Source of the DNA: Candidatus Rariloculaceae bacterium
Lineage (GTDB): Bacteria; Pseudomonadota; Gammaproteobacteria; Steroidobacterales; Rariloculaceae
Assembly: GCA_965237785.1 (NCBI GenBank)
Contig: OZ250159.1
Location: forward strand, 2,232,695 to 2,296,694
Length of the DNA stretch: 64,000 nucleotides
Direction of reading: 5' to 3'
Shown here: piece after piece, positions 1 to 10,877 of the stretch
Layout of the letters: every line of letters starts with the position of its first letter
Position numbering within the stretch: position 1 is the stretch's first letter
Program-made: the position numbers and the translations under genes
The notes under the pieces: generated by a model
The model's database searches: none
Told to the model about the DNA's origin: nothing
The model's input: the letters and a program-made list of their open reading frames with translations, nothing else

Positions 1-786
1 GCCGGCAACGGCCCGCTGACCACGTACCGGGCCGTCAAGTACGGCGTACTGGCGGGTTTCTACCGTTATGCAATCAGCCGCGGTTACGCCAGCGTCTCAC
101 CGCTGCCGGACAATGAACCCAGGCGACCGCCGTCGGCTCCACCGTACATCTACTCACACGACGAACTGTGCCGGCTGTTCGGCGCAATCGATGACAGTCG
201 GCGGCATGCCGTCAAGCTGGATGCGCGCACCTTCCGCACACTGCTCCTTCTTCTCTACGGAGTCGGATTGCGTAGCGCCGAGGCGCTGAACCTGACGCTA
301 GCGGATGTCGATCTGGCGGCGACCGTGCTGACAGTGCGCGACACCAAGTTCTATAAGTGCCGCCTCGTCCCGGTCGGATCGCGGCTTGCCGATTCGCTGA
401 GAATGTATGCGGCGCGGCGCGCGCGTCGTCCTCTCCCGCAATCCACGGACTCCGCCTTTCTTGCGAACCGAGACGGATCTCCGGTGGTGAAACGAACTGC
501 CCAGGTCGCGTTTGCCGGGCTACTCTGCACCGCCGCGGTCCATGGCGCGGATGATGCCCGGCAATCCCCGTGCCTGCATTCGTTCAGGCACAGCTTCGCG
601 GTCCATCGGCTCACCGCCTGGTATCGGCAGGGCGCCGATGTGCAACGGCTGCTGCCGATCCTCTCGACCTATCTCGGTCATCAAGACCCGGCGGGCACCC
701 AAGTTTATCTCTCGATGACGCCGCAGCTGCTGCAACAAGCCTCGCTGCGCTTTGAGCGCTATGTACGGGGAGAGAACAATGAATGA
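1..786 (+). CDS. RIT element tyrosine recombinase B (5' part outside window)
   Basis: Frame open from base 1: PPYIYSHDEL, YGVGLRSAEAL, LHSFRHSFAVHRL, LSTYLGH..TQVYL; overlaps the next recombinase gene. Confidence 0.9.
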   Translation, partial: AGNGPLTTYRAVKYGVLAGFYRYAISRGYASVSPLPDNEPRRPPSAPPYIYSHDELCRLFGAIDDSRRHAVKLDARTFRTLLLLLYGVGLRSAEALNLTLADVDLAATVLTVRDTKFYKCRLVPVGSRLADSLRMYAARRARRPLPQSTDSAFLANRDGSPVVKRTAQVAFAGLLCTAAVHGADDARQSPCLHSFRHSFAVHRLTAWYRQGADVQRLLPILSTYLGHQDPAGTQVYLSMTPQLLQQASLRFERYVRGENNE

Positions 787-1774
787 GATCCGCACCCTGG
801 GCCCCTGGCTCGAACGTTTTTTCTTGGAACACATCGTCACCGAGCGCAATTTGGCCCGCAACACCCGTCTCAGCTATCGGGATACCTTTGAGCTGTTGTT
901 GCCGTTCGTCTGCACCAAGCTAAAGAAGCCAGACGAACGACTCCTCCTCCGCGACATCACGTCCGATCTTGTGCTGCAATTCCTCGCTCATCTTGAGGAA
1001 AACCGCGGCTGCTCCGCACAGACTCGCAACCAGCGTCTGGCGGCTATACGCGCGTTTGCCCGCTTCGTGGGGAGCCGCGACCCAGCGCATGTCGCATGGT
1101 GCGGCCACATCCGGGCAATTGCGTCGAAGAAGGCGACACCACAGCCGGTCGAATGGCTGACCAAGGCGGAGATGGATGCCATGCTCGAAGTACCAGACCG
1201 CAAGACGCTGCGGGGCCGGAACGAGTACGCTCTTCTGCTGTTTCTTTACAATTCCGGAGCGCGTGTCTCCGAAGCGACACAGCTGAGAATAGGCGATTTG
1301 GGGGTCGGCGGCCGTGATGGCCGCCATGCTCTCGTAATCCTGCACGGGAAAGGCGGAAAGATACGCCAATGCCCGCTGTTGTCAGAGACCGAACGCGTGC
1401 TTGCAGAGCTGGTAGCGGGGCGTGGTCACAGCGATGCCGTATTCCTCAGCAGGTATCGAAGACCTTACACCCGGTTCGGTGTCTATCGACTTGTTGAGCG
1501 TTGTGCGGCCAGCGTGCCTGCGCTGGCTGGGAGGAAAATAACCCCCCACGTGTTGCGGCATACGGCCGCGTGCCACTTGGTTATCGCGGAAGTGGACATC
1601 AACATAATCCGTGCATGGCTCGGCCACGTCTCAATCAATACTACGAACATTTATGCCGAGATCGATCTTGAAATGAAGGCCAGAGCATTGGCACTCTGCG
1701 ACATCGCCGAACAGAGTCCGAGCCGACCGTGGAAGGAGAAGAAGGGAATAATGGGCTTCCTGAAATCCTTGTAG
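779..1774 (+). CDS. RIT element tyrosine recombinase C
   Basis: SYRDTF, TRNQRLAAIRAF, YNSGARVSE, HGKGGK, PHVLRHTAA, WLGH..TTNIYA. Confidence 0.92.
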   Translation: MNEIRTLGPWLERFFLEHIVTERNLARNTRLSYRDTFELLLPFVCTKLKKPDERLLLRDITSDLVLQFLAHLEENRGCSAQTRNQRLAAIRAFARFVGSRDPAHVAWCGHIRAIASKKATPQPVEWLTKAEMDAMLEVPDRKTLRGRNEYALLLFLYNSGARVSEATQLRIGDLGVGGRDGRHALVILHGKGGKIRQCPLLSETERVLAELVAGRGHSDAVFLSRYRRPYTRFGVYRLVERCAASVPALAGRKITPHVLRHTAACHLVIAEVDINIIRAWLGHVSINTTNIYAEIDLEMKARALALCDIAEQSPSRPWKEKKGIMGFLKSL

Positions 1775-1784
1775 GCTCGCTAAA

Positions 1785-1866
1785 TTATGTTGCGGTGATT
1801 CTGGCTCCACCCAACATTGAAAGTGGCAACCAAGATCGCCGCAACATAACCGGCACCGCAACATTT
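1785..1866. repeat. RIT1 right terminal arm
   Basis: ttatgttgcg ... cgcaacataa ccggcac cgcaacattt; same layout as the RIT2 arms. Confidence 0.8.
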
Positions 1867-1887
1867 TACATGGAATACGCAGCATCC
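1867..1887 (+). mobile_element. Terminal tip of IS21 right IR plus target duplication GCATCC
   Basis: gaatacgca is the reverse complement of the IS21 left tip tgcgtattc at 42616; followed by gcatcc, which also precedes 42616. Confidence 0.85.
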
Positions 1888-2015
1888 TGAATTGCGACGT
1901 GCAGATCCCAAAAGGAGTAGCTGCCAGGCACCTCGATTTCACGCCAGATAGGGGGTGCAATGTTGCGCAGCTCGACCCGAAACCGAAAAACAGACCTTTT
2001 GCCGGATATTTCCAC
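1882..2015 (-). pseudogene. pRiA4b ORF-3 family gene, 5' fragment
   Basis: MEISGKRSVFRFRVELRNIAPPIWREIEVPGSYSFWDLHVAIQDA joins in frame to MGWQDYHLH at 42609. Confidence 0.85.
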
Positions 2016-2135
2016 TGCTCTTCGCTAGCTATTATTCTTTTAGAATCAGTATATTATGATTTTCGCACCAAGTCTAACAGGAGATTGATCGATGGGGTTC
2101 ATTGAACTATACTATGGTTCATTGGGTCATAGCTA

Positions 2136-2484
2136 ATGCAGACACTGGTTGCAATCGGCACCTTCGAAGAGAAGGCGCGGAAACTGCTTGGCAAGCCTGG
2201 CTTTGACGACATGTTGGAGTTTCTGGCCAGGCGCCCCAAAAGCCGGGAGAATTATCCAGGATACTGGAGGATTGCGAAAGGTCCGCTTCGCGCGGCCGGG
2301 AAAAGGCAAGAGTGGAGGAACGCGTGTCATCTATTACTACCACAACGACACCAAACCGATTCTCTTGCTGCTGATTTACGCGAAAGCCGATCAGGACAAT
2401 TTGACGGATGCGCAAAAAGCGCAACTCAGGAGACATGTCGAGGCCATTATCGACGAGTTTGGCCAGGAGACGAACGATGGACGA
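2136..2484 (+). pseudogene. RelE/HigB-type toxin, frameshifted
   Basis: MQTLVAIGTFEEKARK...ARRPK, then a shift near 2240 to AGRIIQDTGGLRKVRF..GKGKSGGTRVIYY; 3' end approximate. Confidence 0.75.
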
Positions 2485-2770
2485 CAAGCTTTTCAGAGAA
2501 CTCGATGCCAATCTGAAAGAAGCGGTCAAGGTCGCCAAGGGCACCAAGGCACCGAAGTCCGTCTATGTCGTCTTGAAACCGGCCGAGATCAAGGCCATTC
2601 GCACCAGCGTCGGCATGTCACAATCTGTATTCGCAAACACGTTTCGCCTCAGTCTCGATACCTTGAAAGGTTGGGAACAAGGCAAGCGCAAACCCGATGC
2701 GGCCGCCGCGAATTTTCTTCGCATGATCGAGGCAGATCCGGACTTCGTCAGGCGGACGCTGGCAGCCTAA
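2477..2770 (+). CDS. HigA-type HTH antitoxin
   Basis: EIKAIRTSVGMSQSVFA...TLKGWEQGKRKP; downstream of the toxin. Confidence 0.85.
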   Translation: MDDKLFRELDANLKEAVKVAKGTKAPKSVYVVLKPAEIKAIRTSVGMSQSVFANTFRLSLDTLKGWEQGKRKPDAAAANFLRMIEADPDFVRRTLAA

Positions 2771-2959
2771 CCCGCACAACAGAGTCTCAGGCGTACCCGG
2801 GGTAGTTCATTTCTGTCGGGGGATAATGGAGTTCTCATTGAACGAGCATTTGTCGAATGCGGCATTTCGAATTGAACGGGACCTCGAAATCGTAACTTCG
2901 AAAGCTACGATTTCGTTACGCTGAAAAGAAAAAGGGCCTACAGAAAACTGTAAACCCTT

Positions 2960-4279
2960 GATGACCTTCCCGAGAGAAGGGTAACACTCCATTCCGAAGA
3001 CATAGGTGACACTTTCTCCCTTTTGGGAGAGAGATCGTGCCCTGGAAGGAGTGCAACATCGTGGAAGAACGTCTGAAATTCATCTATCGCCTGCTCGATA
3101 GCGAGAAGATGGCGCCCTTGTGCCGCGAGTTCGGTATCTCCCGAAAAACCGGCTACAAAATCTACAGCCGCTACAAAGATCATGGCGTCAAAGCCCTGAC
3201 CGATCGCTCGCGACGACCGTATCGGCACGCCAACCGGCTGCCGATGGTCATCGAAAAGCGCATCGTCAGCCTGAAGAAAGAGTATCCCCACTGGGGTGCG
3301 CCGAAGATCCGTGATTGCCTCAGGCGCCGATACCCGGAGCTCGTCTGTCCCGCCATCAGCACCGTGCACGCCGTACTGGATCGCAATGGCCTGGTCCGGC
3401 GACGTCGACGACGACGTCATAAAGCCAAGGGCACCGCGCTCGACCATGTCAGAAAGCCCAACCAGCTCTGGTGTGCCGACTACAAGGGCGAGTTCATGCT
3501 CGCAGACCGCCGCTACTGTTACCCACTGACCATCACGGATTACGCCAGTCGCTACCTCATCACCTGTGATGCCCTGGGCACCACCAAGGAAGCCTATGCC
3601 TTCAGCGTCTTTGAGCGCGCCTTCAGGGACTACGGTCTGCCCAGGACCATCCGCACCGACAACGGCGTACCCTTCGCCAGCGGCAATGCCCTGTACGGCC
3701 TCTCCAAGCTCTCCGTGTGGTGGCTGCGCCTCGGCATCAACATCGAGCGCATCAAGCCCGGCCATCCCGAACAGAACGGCCGCCATGAGCGCATGCACCT
3801 GACGCTCAAGATCGAGGCCACCAAACTCGCCGCCGAGAACTTCCTGCAGCAACAGGCCCGCTTCGATGACTTCGTCGACTGCTTCAACCACGAACGGCCG
3901 CATCAGGCCCTCGATATGAAGGTCCCCGCCGACCTCTATGAAGAATCGCCCAGACCCTATAAGGGCCTGGGCGAGCTCGAGTATCCGTTCCATGACCGCA
4001 GCGCCATCGTCACGTCCTGCGGCCGGATCTGCTTCAACCGGCAGAAAATCAACCTCTCAACCGTCTTTGCCGGCCAGAAGGTCGGTATCAAACAGGTCGC
4101 CGATAAGATCTGGCTCGTCAGCTTCATGCAGTATGATCTGGGCTATTTTGACCACCAGACCTGCCGACTCGAGCCCATCGACAACCCGTTCAAAGCAAAA
4201 GTGTTACCTATGTCTCCGGTATGAAAGTGTTACCTATGTCTCCGATATAAACTGTCACCTATGTCCTCGGAACGGACCT
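2960..4279 (+). mobile_element. IS481-family element (ends approximate)
   Basis: Transposase flanked by inverted repeated motifs gacataggtgacac (left) and three gtg/ttacctatgtc-like copies (4198-4270). Confidence 0.8.
3037..4224 (+). CDS. IS481-family transposase
   Basis: MPWKE, LCREFGISRKTGYK, WCADYKG, IRTDNG, QNGRHERMHLTLK. Confidence 0.93.
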   Translation: MPWKECNIVEERLKFIYRLLDSEKMAPLCREFGISRKTGYKIYSRYKDHGVKALTDRSRRPYRHANRLPMVIEKRIVSLKKEYPHWGAPKIRDCLRRRYPELVCPAISTVHAVLDRNGLVRRRRRRRHKAKGTALDHVRKPNQLWCADYKGEFMLADRRYCYPLTITDYASRYLITCDALGTTKEAYAFSVFERAFRDYGLPRTIRTDNGVPFASGNALYGLSKLSVWWLRLGINIERIKPGHPEQNGRHERMHLTLKIEATKLAAENFLQQQARFDDFVDCFNHERPHQALDMKVPADLYEESPRPYKGLGELEYPFHDRSAIVTSCGRICFNRQKINLSTVFAGQKVGIKQVADKIWLVSFMQYDLGYFDHQTCRLEPIDNPFKAKVLPMSPV

Positions 4280-4288
4280 TGATCGGAA

Positions 4289-4333
4289 TGGCGCGCCCGG
4301 CAGGATTCGAACCTGCGACCGCCTAGTTCGTAG
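4289..4333 (-). other. 3' fragment of tRNA-Arg(ACG), att-like site
   Basis: Minus strand reads CTACGAACTAGGCGGTCGCAGGTTCGAATCCTGCCGGGCGCGCCA; the 5' half is absent; IHF-like aaatcagtaagtta nearby. Confidence 0.85.
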
Positions 4334-4658
4334 GCGTATAAGCCAAGAATCGTTTTCTTTTAAATCAGTAAGTTAGATGGCCCGCCCTCATCCTTTGCGC
4401 CGCCAAACGCCGCCAAGAACCGTGAATCGCCGTCTCAACGCTACGTTGTCGCCGTGAGTGTCTGGACACTGAGGTGCGGAAAACCGTCCGCCTCGACGAA
4501 TCCTGCTGGTAAGCATGGTGACGCGGTCTGTATCAGCTTCCGATTGCCGCCGAAGTCGAACCGTCGGTTCCATTGATGCCTATCGATGGAAATCATGCTG
4601 TCGTGGCCTGTTTCAGCTTCCGATTGCCGCCTGAATTGCAATTCGCACCGCACAGGCA

Positions 4659-5008
4659 GTGAACCAGATGCAACGGTCATGGGCGGCGTCGCCCTGCTGG
4701 CACTAATCGTGAACGTGGCGGTTGCCGTTATGCTATATCGTTTTCGGCGGGGTGACAGCAACAAGCGCTCGATCTGGCTGTGCAGCCGAGGTGCCAACGC
4801 TGGCTATATAGTCGGCGACACCGAGCACTACGAGCAGACCGCCACGGTCGAGGCGCGTTTCGATCGCATGCTCGTCTACCGCAGCCGGCTACTGCATTTC
4901 GGCCGGATCGATTCGGAAACCACCCTGTCGAGCGACCCCCGCCGCGGCTGGCTGACCGCCAACGTGTTCGTCAACTATCGGCCCGCCCGACGCCCTCGCG
5001 GCCAGTAG
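4659..5008 (+). pseudogene. Fused fragments of a cation efflux (CDF) transporter and a DUF6445-like protein
   Basis: PDATVMGG..ALIVNVAVAVMLYRFRRGDSN.RSIWLCSR, then GYI.GDT..YEQ..FDRML.YRS.LLH.G..SSDPRRG.LTAN. Confidence 0.6.
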
Positions 5009-5180
5009 GAGCAGTCCATGCAATCTTTGCTGCGCCGCTGAAACGGCTGCGCCGGTGGCAAACACTTGTCGGCGAAGGGACAATACTACGGGCATTGAGC
5101 CGGAAATCGGGGCATTGTCCTGACCGGGCAATCAAGGTCACGATACGTGAGTATCGCGGCGACAGGATCTGACGATTTTC

Positions 5181-7307
5181 ATGCAAGCATCAAACTCCCG
5201 CGGGTCAACGCGCCCGTTTTTTATCTGGCTGGTCCTGTTCGAGTTGTCCTGGTGCGCATGCGTCTACACCGGAGACCATTGGGACACGGTAGTGACCCAC
5301 TGGCCAATCGCACTGGCGATGGCGCTTGGCTCCTACTTCGCCGGTTCGACGCCAATGGGCGGCGGCACGATCGGTTTTCCGGTGCTGGTGCTGCTGTTCG
5401 ACCAGCCCGCATCGCTCGGCCGCAACTTCGGGCTCGCCGTCCAGTCCATCGGCATGGTATCGGCCAGCATCTTCATCCTGTGCGCGCGCCGGCCGCTAAA
5501 CTGGCACCTGTTAAAGCCCGCTATCGCCGGAGCGCTCGTTGGCACGCCGCTCGGCGCCGCATTCATTGCGCCGCATGTGCCCGATCTCTGGATCAAACTG
5601 CTGTTCGCCGTCATCTGGGCCAGCTTCGGCGTAATGCATTACGTAAAAATACGGCCGATCGTCGCGGCGACCGGCAACGCCGCCGCATGGCCCGGCAAGG
5701 ATTTGCCGATCGGCGCGTCCATCGGCTTCTGCGGTGGCTTCGTGGCGTCGATGACCGGCGTCGGCATCGACATGATAATCTACGCCGTGCTCGTGCTGCT
5801 CTACCGCGCCGATCTCAAGATAGCGATTCCGACGTCGGTGGTGCTGATGGCATTTACATCCGTTATCGGCATCGTCTCGAACCTGCTGCTGGCTGCCGCG
5901 TTCCCGCAGTCCTACAACGTGGCACCGGCCGTGTTCGAAAACTGGCTGGCTGCCGCTCCAATCGTTGCCGTCGGCGCGCCATTCGGCGCCTTTGTCATCA
6001 GCCGGCTCCCGCGTACACCGACGTTGCTGATCGTATCCGCGCTGTGCCTGCTGCAGTTCGCGTGGACACTGGTCATGGAACAGGTAACCGGCTGGGAGCT
6101 GGCACTGGCGCTGGGCGGGGTACTGGCGATGAATATAGTTTTTCAGGCTCGTCAGCAAAATCTGTGGGTGAATTCAGGCTCGGGTAACGCGCCGAGGGCA
6201 TGGTACAAGGCGATTTCAGCACCGTGATAGGTCCGAAACCCGAAGGCTTTTCTGGAGGTCAGTTTTGCCTTGCCATTAAATCCCTCCACAACGCCGCTTG
6301 AGAGCTGACCTTTGGCCCGAAACCAATTGAGCAGAAGCTCGCGATGGTTACGTAGCATCCTGGCGACTTTCTTCATCGGCTCGATCTTCGATCGCATCGT
6401 CTTCGTGCACCATTGATCCAGGAAGCGTCCCGCCCAGTAGGGGGAAGCATAGCTCCAGAAGAACTGGAACTCCTCCTTCAGCAGATAGGCGCGGACGGAC
6501 CGGAGGTTGTATTGCAGGAGCTCGGCAAGGCGGATGTCCTGCTTGTCGGTGAGGTTCTCCGGTCGCTTCAGCAGCAGCCAGCGGCTCTTGGTCAACACCG
6601 GCTCGTAGCCCTTCGCCTTCAGCGCCTTCGATTCCTCAGCGCGAACTGCGTCCAGCGCCTTGCTGAAATGCATCATGATGTGAAAGCGGTCCAGCACGTG
6701 CACGGCTTGGCCAGCTTTCTTGGCGATCACTTTCAGGTACGGCTTCCACATGTCCGAGCACACGTACTTCAGCGCCGCGCTGCGCTCTCGGCCAAACCAG
6801 CGGAAAAAGCCCAGTAACGTCTTGATCTTGCGCTTGTTGCCGACCCACAGCAGGCGCTTGCAGTGCGCGTCGATCTGGTACACCAGCGTCAAGTACTTAT
6901 GCCCTCTCTGCCAGGCAATCTCGTCGATCCCGATGGCTTGGACCCCGGAGTAGTCCGCCTGCGCCCGACCCCATTCGACCGCGGCTCGATCTCCACCTCC
7001 AACGCCGGCTCACCCAAATGTTCTATCCATCGCACCGCCGTGTAGACAAAGGACTTGAACTTCTGCACCCGGTTCAGGATAGTCTTGAGTTGCATCTCGG
7101 CTTTGTTGTTCTGATTGATAAATGGCTTGCACCTTTATCTTCTCGGACTCGAGGCCGGGATGCCTCTCCAACCCCTTGCTTGCTTTCCAATCAGTTCTTC
7201 GCCGAATCTACCCTCGAACTACCCACAGATTCTGCGGAGGAGCCGTTTTTCATGCGGCGTACCGCTGCGGCGAACGCCGGCGCATGCGCCGCCAGCACAA
7301 TTCATAA
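5181..7307 (+). CDS. TauE/SafE sulfite exporter family protein, last codons displaced by ISL3
   Basis: GSYFAGSTPMGGGTIGFP and many TM segments; removing the IS gives NIVFHAAYRCGERRRMRRQHNS*. Confidence 0.75.
6146..7244 (-). mobile_element. ISL3-family element with internal deletion, 8-bp TSD GTTTTTCA
   Basis: IRs ggctcgtcagcaaaatctgtgggt / ggctcctccgcagaatctgtgggt; IGIDE, CSDMW, LDRFH, VEGFNGKAK. Confidence 0.93.
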
Positions 7308-7356
7308 TGGCTTCCAATGTCCGGTCACAGCCGCCCCGTCAGCCGACCCAGAACGA

Positions 7357-8655
7357 TCAGCCGACCCAGAACGAGAAGTAAAGGTACAGGGCAGCGACCA
7401 GCCCCAGCACAACCGCGGTGGCGGCGACATCCCGGCGATCCCAGCTGGCGCGCACCGCGGCACGGTCAATCGAGTCATAGGTCAGGCCGCGAATGCGCTC
7501 ACGATCCGGCGCGGCGTCGGTCCGCGAGGCCACGACGATGGTGACAACGCAGATCAGGAACAGGACACCGGAGAAATACAGGAAATTGAAGTCGCCGATC
7601 GCCGCAAGCAACGCGGGCGACTCGATCTTGCCTTCGCCAAACAGGGCCTGTATGACGAGCTTGCTCATGCCGAGCACGAAGCCGAGACCGAGTCCCCACA
7701 CCGCGCCGCGAGTGTTGATGCGGCTCGAGAACAGGCCCAGCAGGAACACTGCAGTGATCGGCGGCGCAAGATACCCCTGCACGTTCTGCAGGTACTGGTA
7801 CAGACCTCCCTCCGATATCAGTGGCATTATCGGAATCCAGGCGAGACCTTGAGAAACGCGCCGAACAGGGCGCCGCGCCGGGCCGTCTTCAAGTCCCTGG
7901 CGGCCAACGTACGCTGCACGATGTACTGGTCCGTGCACCAGTACCAGATGCCAACGATGGGCGATGCAATCAGGATCCCCAGCCAGGGAAAGTCCGGGTC
8001 GGACAATGGCCGCCACAGTGCGTACTGCGCGACATTCTGGCTGGTGAACTCCCGCAACTCACCCCAGCCGCCGAGCCGGTCGAGTCCGAACCAGGTCACT
8101 GCCACCGAGCCGATGATAAGGATCACGGGCCTGTACCGAGTCCGTGTAGAGCACGGCGCGCAGGCCGCCCGCGACGGTGTACAGACCCGTCAGCACGACG
8201 GTTGCGATCGCGCCAACCCAGAACGCATTCTGCGGCGAGCCGAACGTGTCCGGCAGCAGCGTACTGAATACCACCGCGCCGGCGTAGACGGTCACCGACA
8301 CCTTGGTCAGCACATAGGCCGCAAGCGATACCAGCGACAGCATCCAGCGCGGCTTCGGGCCGAAGCGCCGCTCGAGGAACTCGGGCATCGTAAAAACTTT
8401 CGACTCGTAGTAGAACGGCACGAAGATCCAGGCGAGCAGCACGACGATCCACGCATGCAGTTCGTAATGCGCCATGGCAAGCCCGGTCGACGCGCCCTGC
8501 CCCGCCAGGCCAACGACATGCTCCGAACCGATGTTCGAGGCAAAAATCGACGCGCCAATCGCAAAGAACCCGACATTCCGGCCAGCGAGAAAATAATCAG
8601 TTGTGTTTTGCTGCTTGCGCGTTACCGCGATTACAACGATCAGCAGTACAAGAAA
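7357..8655 (-). pseudogene. Sodium:solute symporter (SSS), 5'-truncated, two frameshifts
   Basis: DYFLAGR, ASNIGSEHVVGLAG, MPEFLERRF, WYWCTDQYIVQRTL; frame breaks near 8126 and 7850. Confidence 0.88.
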
Positions 8656-9192
8656 AAAGGTGCAAGCCATTTATCAATCAGAACAACAAAGCCGAGATGC
8701 AACTCAAGACTATCCTGAACCGGGTGCAGAAGTTCAAGTCCTTTGTCTACACGGCGGTGCGATGGATAGAACATTTGGGTGAGCCGGCGTTGGAGGTGGA
8801 GATCGAGACGGCGGTCGAATGGGGTCGGGCGCAGGCGGACTACTCCGGGGTCCAAGCCATCGGGATCGACGAGATTGCCTGGCAGAGAGGGCATAAGTAC
8901 TTGACGCTGGTGTACCAGATCGACGCGCACTGCAAGCGCCTGCTGTGGGTCGGCAACAAGCGCAAGATCAAGACGTTGCTGGGCTTTTTCCGCTGGTTTG
9001 GCCGAGAGCGCAGCGCGGCGCTGAAGTACGTGTGCTCGGACATGTGGAAGCCGTACCTGAAAGTGATCGCCAAGAAAGCTGGCCAAGCCGTGCACGTGCT
9101 GGACCGCTTTCACATCATGATGCATTTCAGCAAGGCGCTGGACGCAGTTCGCGCTGAGGAATCGAAGGCGCTGAAGGCGAAGGGCTACGAGC
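8656..9192 (+). mobile_element. ISL3 fragment (no left IR, in-frame internal deletion)
   Basis: Near-identical to the 6146-7244 copy, in opposite orientation. Confidence 0.9.
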
Positions 9193-10407
9193 GGGGGTGT
9201 AAAAGGAACTGTGTAACTGGTTATTCTGAGAGAGTGACAGAAGGAGGGAATGATGGCCAGTTTGAAGGACAAACGAAGCGAGCTACTGGATGATCTGCTA
9301 AAGGATTATGACGGCGATCCGAAGGCAATTCTTGGCGAAGGCGGATTGCTGAAGGATTTGACGAAGTCGCTGGTGGAGCGCGCGCTGGAAGGCGAGATGA
9401 CGGCGCATGTGGGTTATGCACCGCATGCTGACGAGGGCCGCGGCAGCGGCAACTCGCGCAACGGCACGAGCGGCAAAACGCTTCAGAGTGAAGCCGGGCA
9501 ATTCGAGGTGGCGGTACCGCGGGACCGCAACGGCACCTTCGAGCCGCAGCTGGTGAGAAAGCGACAGCGGCGCCTGCAGGGACTGGAAACGTCACCGATG
9601 CGGTGCTCGAGGAGGTGCGTGCCTGGCAGGCGCGGCCGCTATCGGCGCTGTACCCGATCGTGTATTTCGATGCGCTGTTCGTCAAATCGCGCCAGGACGG
9701 CTCAGTGAAGAACAAGGCAGTATATCTGGCCCTGGGGATCAATCTGGAGGGCGAGAAAGAACTGCTGGGGCTGTGGATTGCGGAGACTGAGGGCGCGAAG
9801 TTCTGGCTGAACGTGTTCAACGAGCTCAAGAACCGCGGCATGCACGATTGCCTGATTGCCTGCATGGACGGGCTGAAGGGCTTGCCGGAGGCGGTGGAGA
9901 GTGTCTTCCCGCAGACGCGGGTGCAGCTGTGTATCGTGCACAAGGTGCGCCAGTCGCTGAAGTACGTGATCTGGAAGGATCGTAAGGCGGCGGCCAAGGA
10001 CCTGCGGGCCATTTATGCGGCTGCCACGCTTGAGGAAGCGGCATCGGCGCTGGACCGCTTCGAGGCCAGCTGGGGTGACAAATATCCGGCGATCGGGCCA
10101 AGCTGGCGCGCCGACTGGGACCGTCTGACCGCGCTGTTCGACTTTCCGCCGGCGATCCGCAAAGTTATTTATACCACCAATGCGATTGAATCGCTGAACT
10201 ACTCGCTGCGCAAGGTGCTAAAGAATCGCGGTGCGTTTCCGAACGACGAATCGATCCAGAAGATTTTGTATCTCGCCCTGCAGAACGCCTCGAAGAAATG
10301 GAACCGGCCGATTCGCGATTGGAAGGCAGCGCTCAATCAATTCGTCATTTTATTCGAAGATCGGGTGCCAGTCTGAAATGCAGTTACACAGTTTGCTTGA
10401 CACGCCC
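9193..10407 (+). mobile_element. IS256-family element, transposase with internal deletion and frameshift
   Basis: IRs gggggtgtaaaaggaactgtgtaactg / gggcgtgtcaagcaaactgtgtaactg; NSRNG, VPRDR, DGLKGL, QLCIVH, TTNAIES. Confidence 0.9.
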
Positions 10408-10481
10408 CTGAAATCGCCTTATACCATGCCCTCGGCGCGTTACCCGAGCCTGAATTCACCCACAGATTTTGCTGACGAGCC
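10408..10481 (+). mobile_element. ISL3 right end
   Basis: ...cacagattttgctgacgagcc. Confidence 0.9.
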
Positions 10482-10764
10482 ATATAAAGCATTTGAGCCA
10501 CCGGTTGCTCGTGCCCTGTTGAATAAACTGGAGTTCAAATATACGCCGAAGCATGGAAGTTGGTTGAACATAGCAGAATGCGAATTCAGCGTGCTGACGC
10601 GACAATGTTTTGATCGGCGCTTACCGGACATGGAGACGGTAGAGCAAGAGGTCAAGGCGTGGACTGAAATGCGGAACCAGGCAGGTGCCACGGTCAACTG
10701 GCGGTTTACGACTCAGGATGCACGAATAAAACTGAAACAGCTCTATCCGACAATATTAAAATGA
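10482..10764 (+). mobile_element. IS630 transposase 3' fragment
   Basis: YTPKHGSWLNIAECE, VNWRFTTQDARIKLKQLYP. Confidence 0.88.
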
Positions 10765-10877
10765 AGAACGGCTACCCTCCTGCCGAAAAACACCGTCGAT
10801 ACCACCCGCCCCCAAAGGAAACGCACATGTTTGATGCTTCCTCTCCTGTTTCCCGCAAGATCAAAAGGAAAGAGTCT

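Noticed and set aside
4198-4270. Three short repeats resembling a mini-CRISPR
   Set aside because: No unique spacers; inverted copies at the other IS481 end identify them as transposase binding sites.
4289-4333. Functional tRNA gene
   Set aside because: The D-arm and 5' acceptor strand are absent; the same holds for 41883-42020.
7018-8718. Long ORFs such as 7018-8718, 13929-15158, 23269-24813, 28303-30129, 47014-48747 and 52238-53980
   Set aside because: They are antisense shadows of recognisable genes in GC-rich DNA.
10231-10764. 177-aa ORF as a new protein
   Set aside because: It is a chance read-through of IS256, ISL3 and IS630 fragments.
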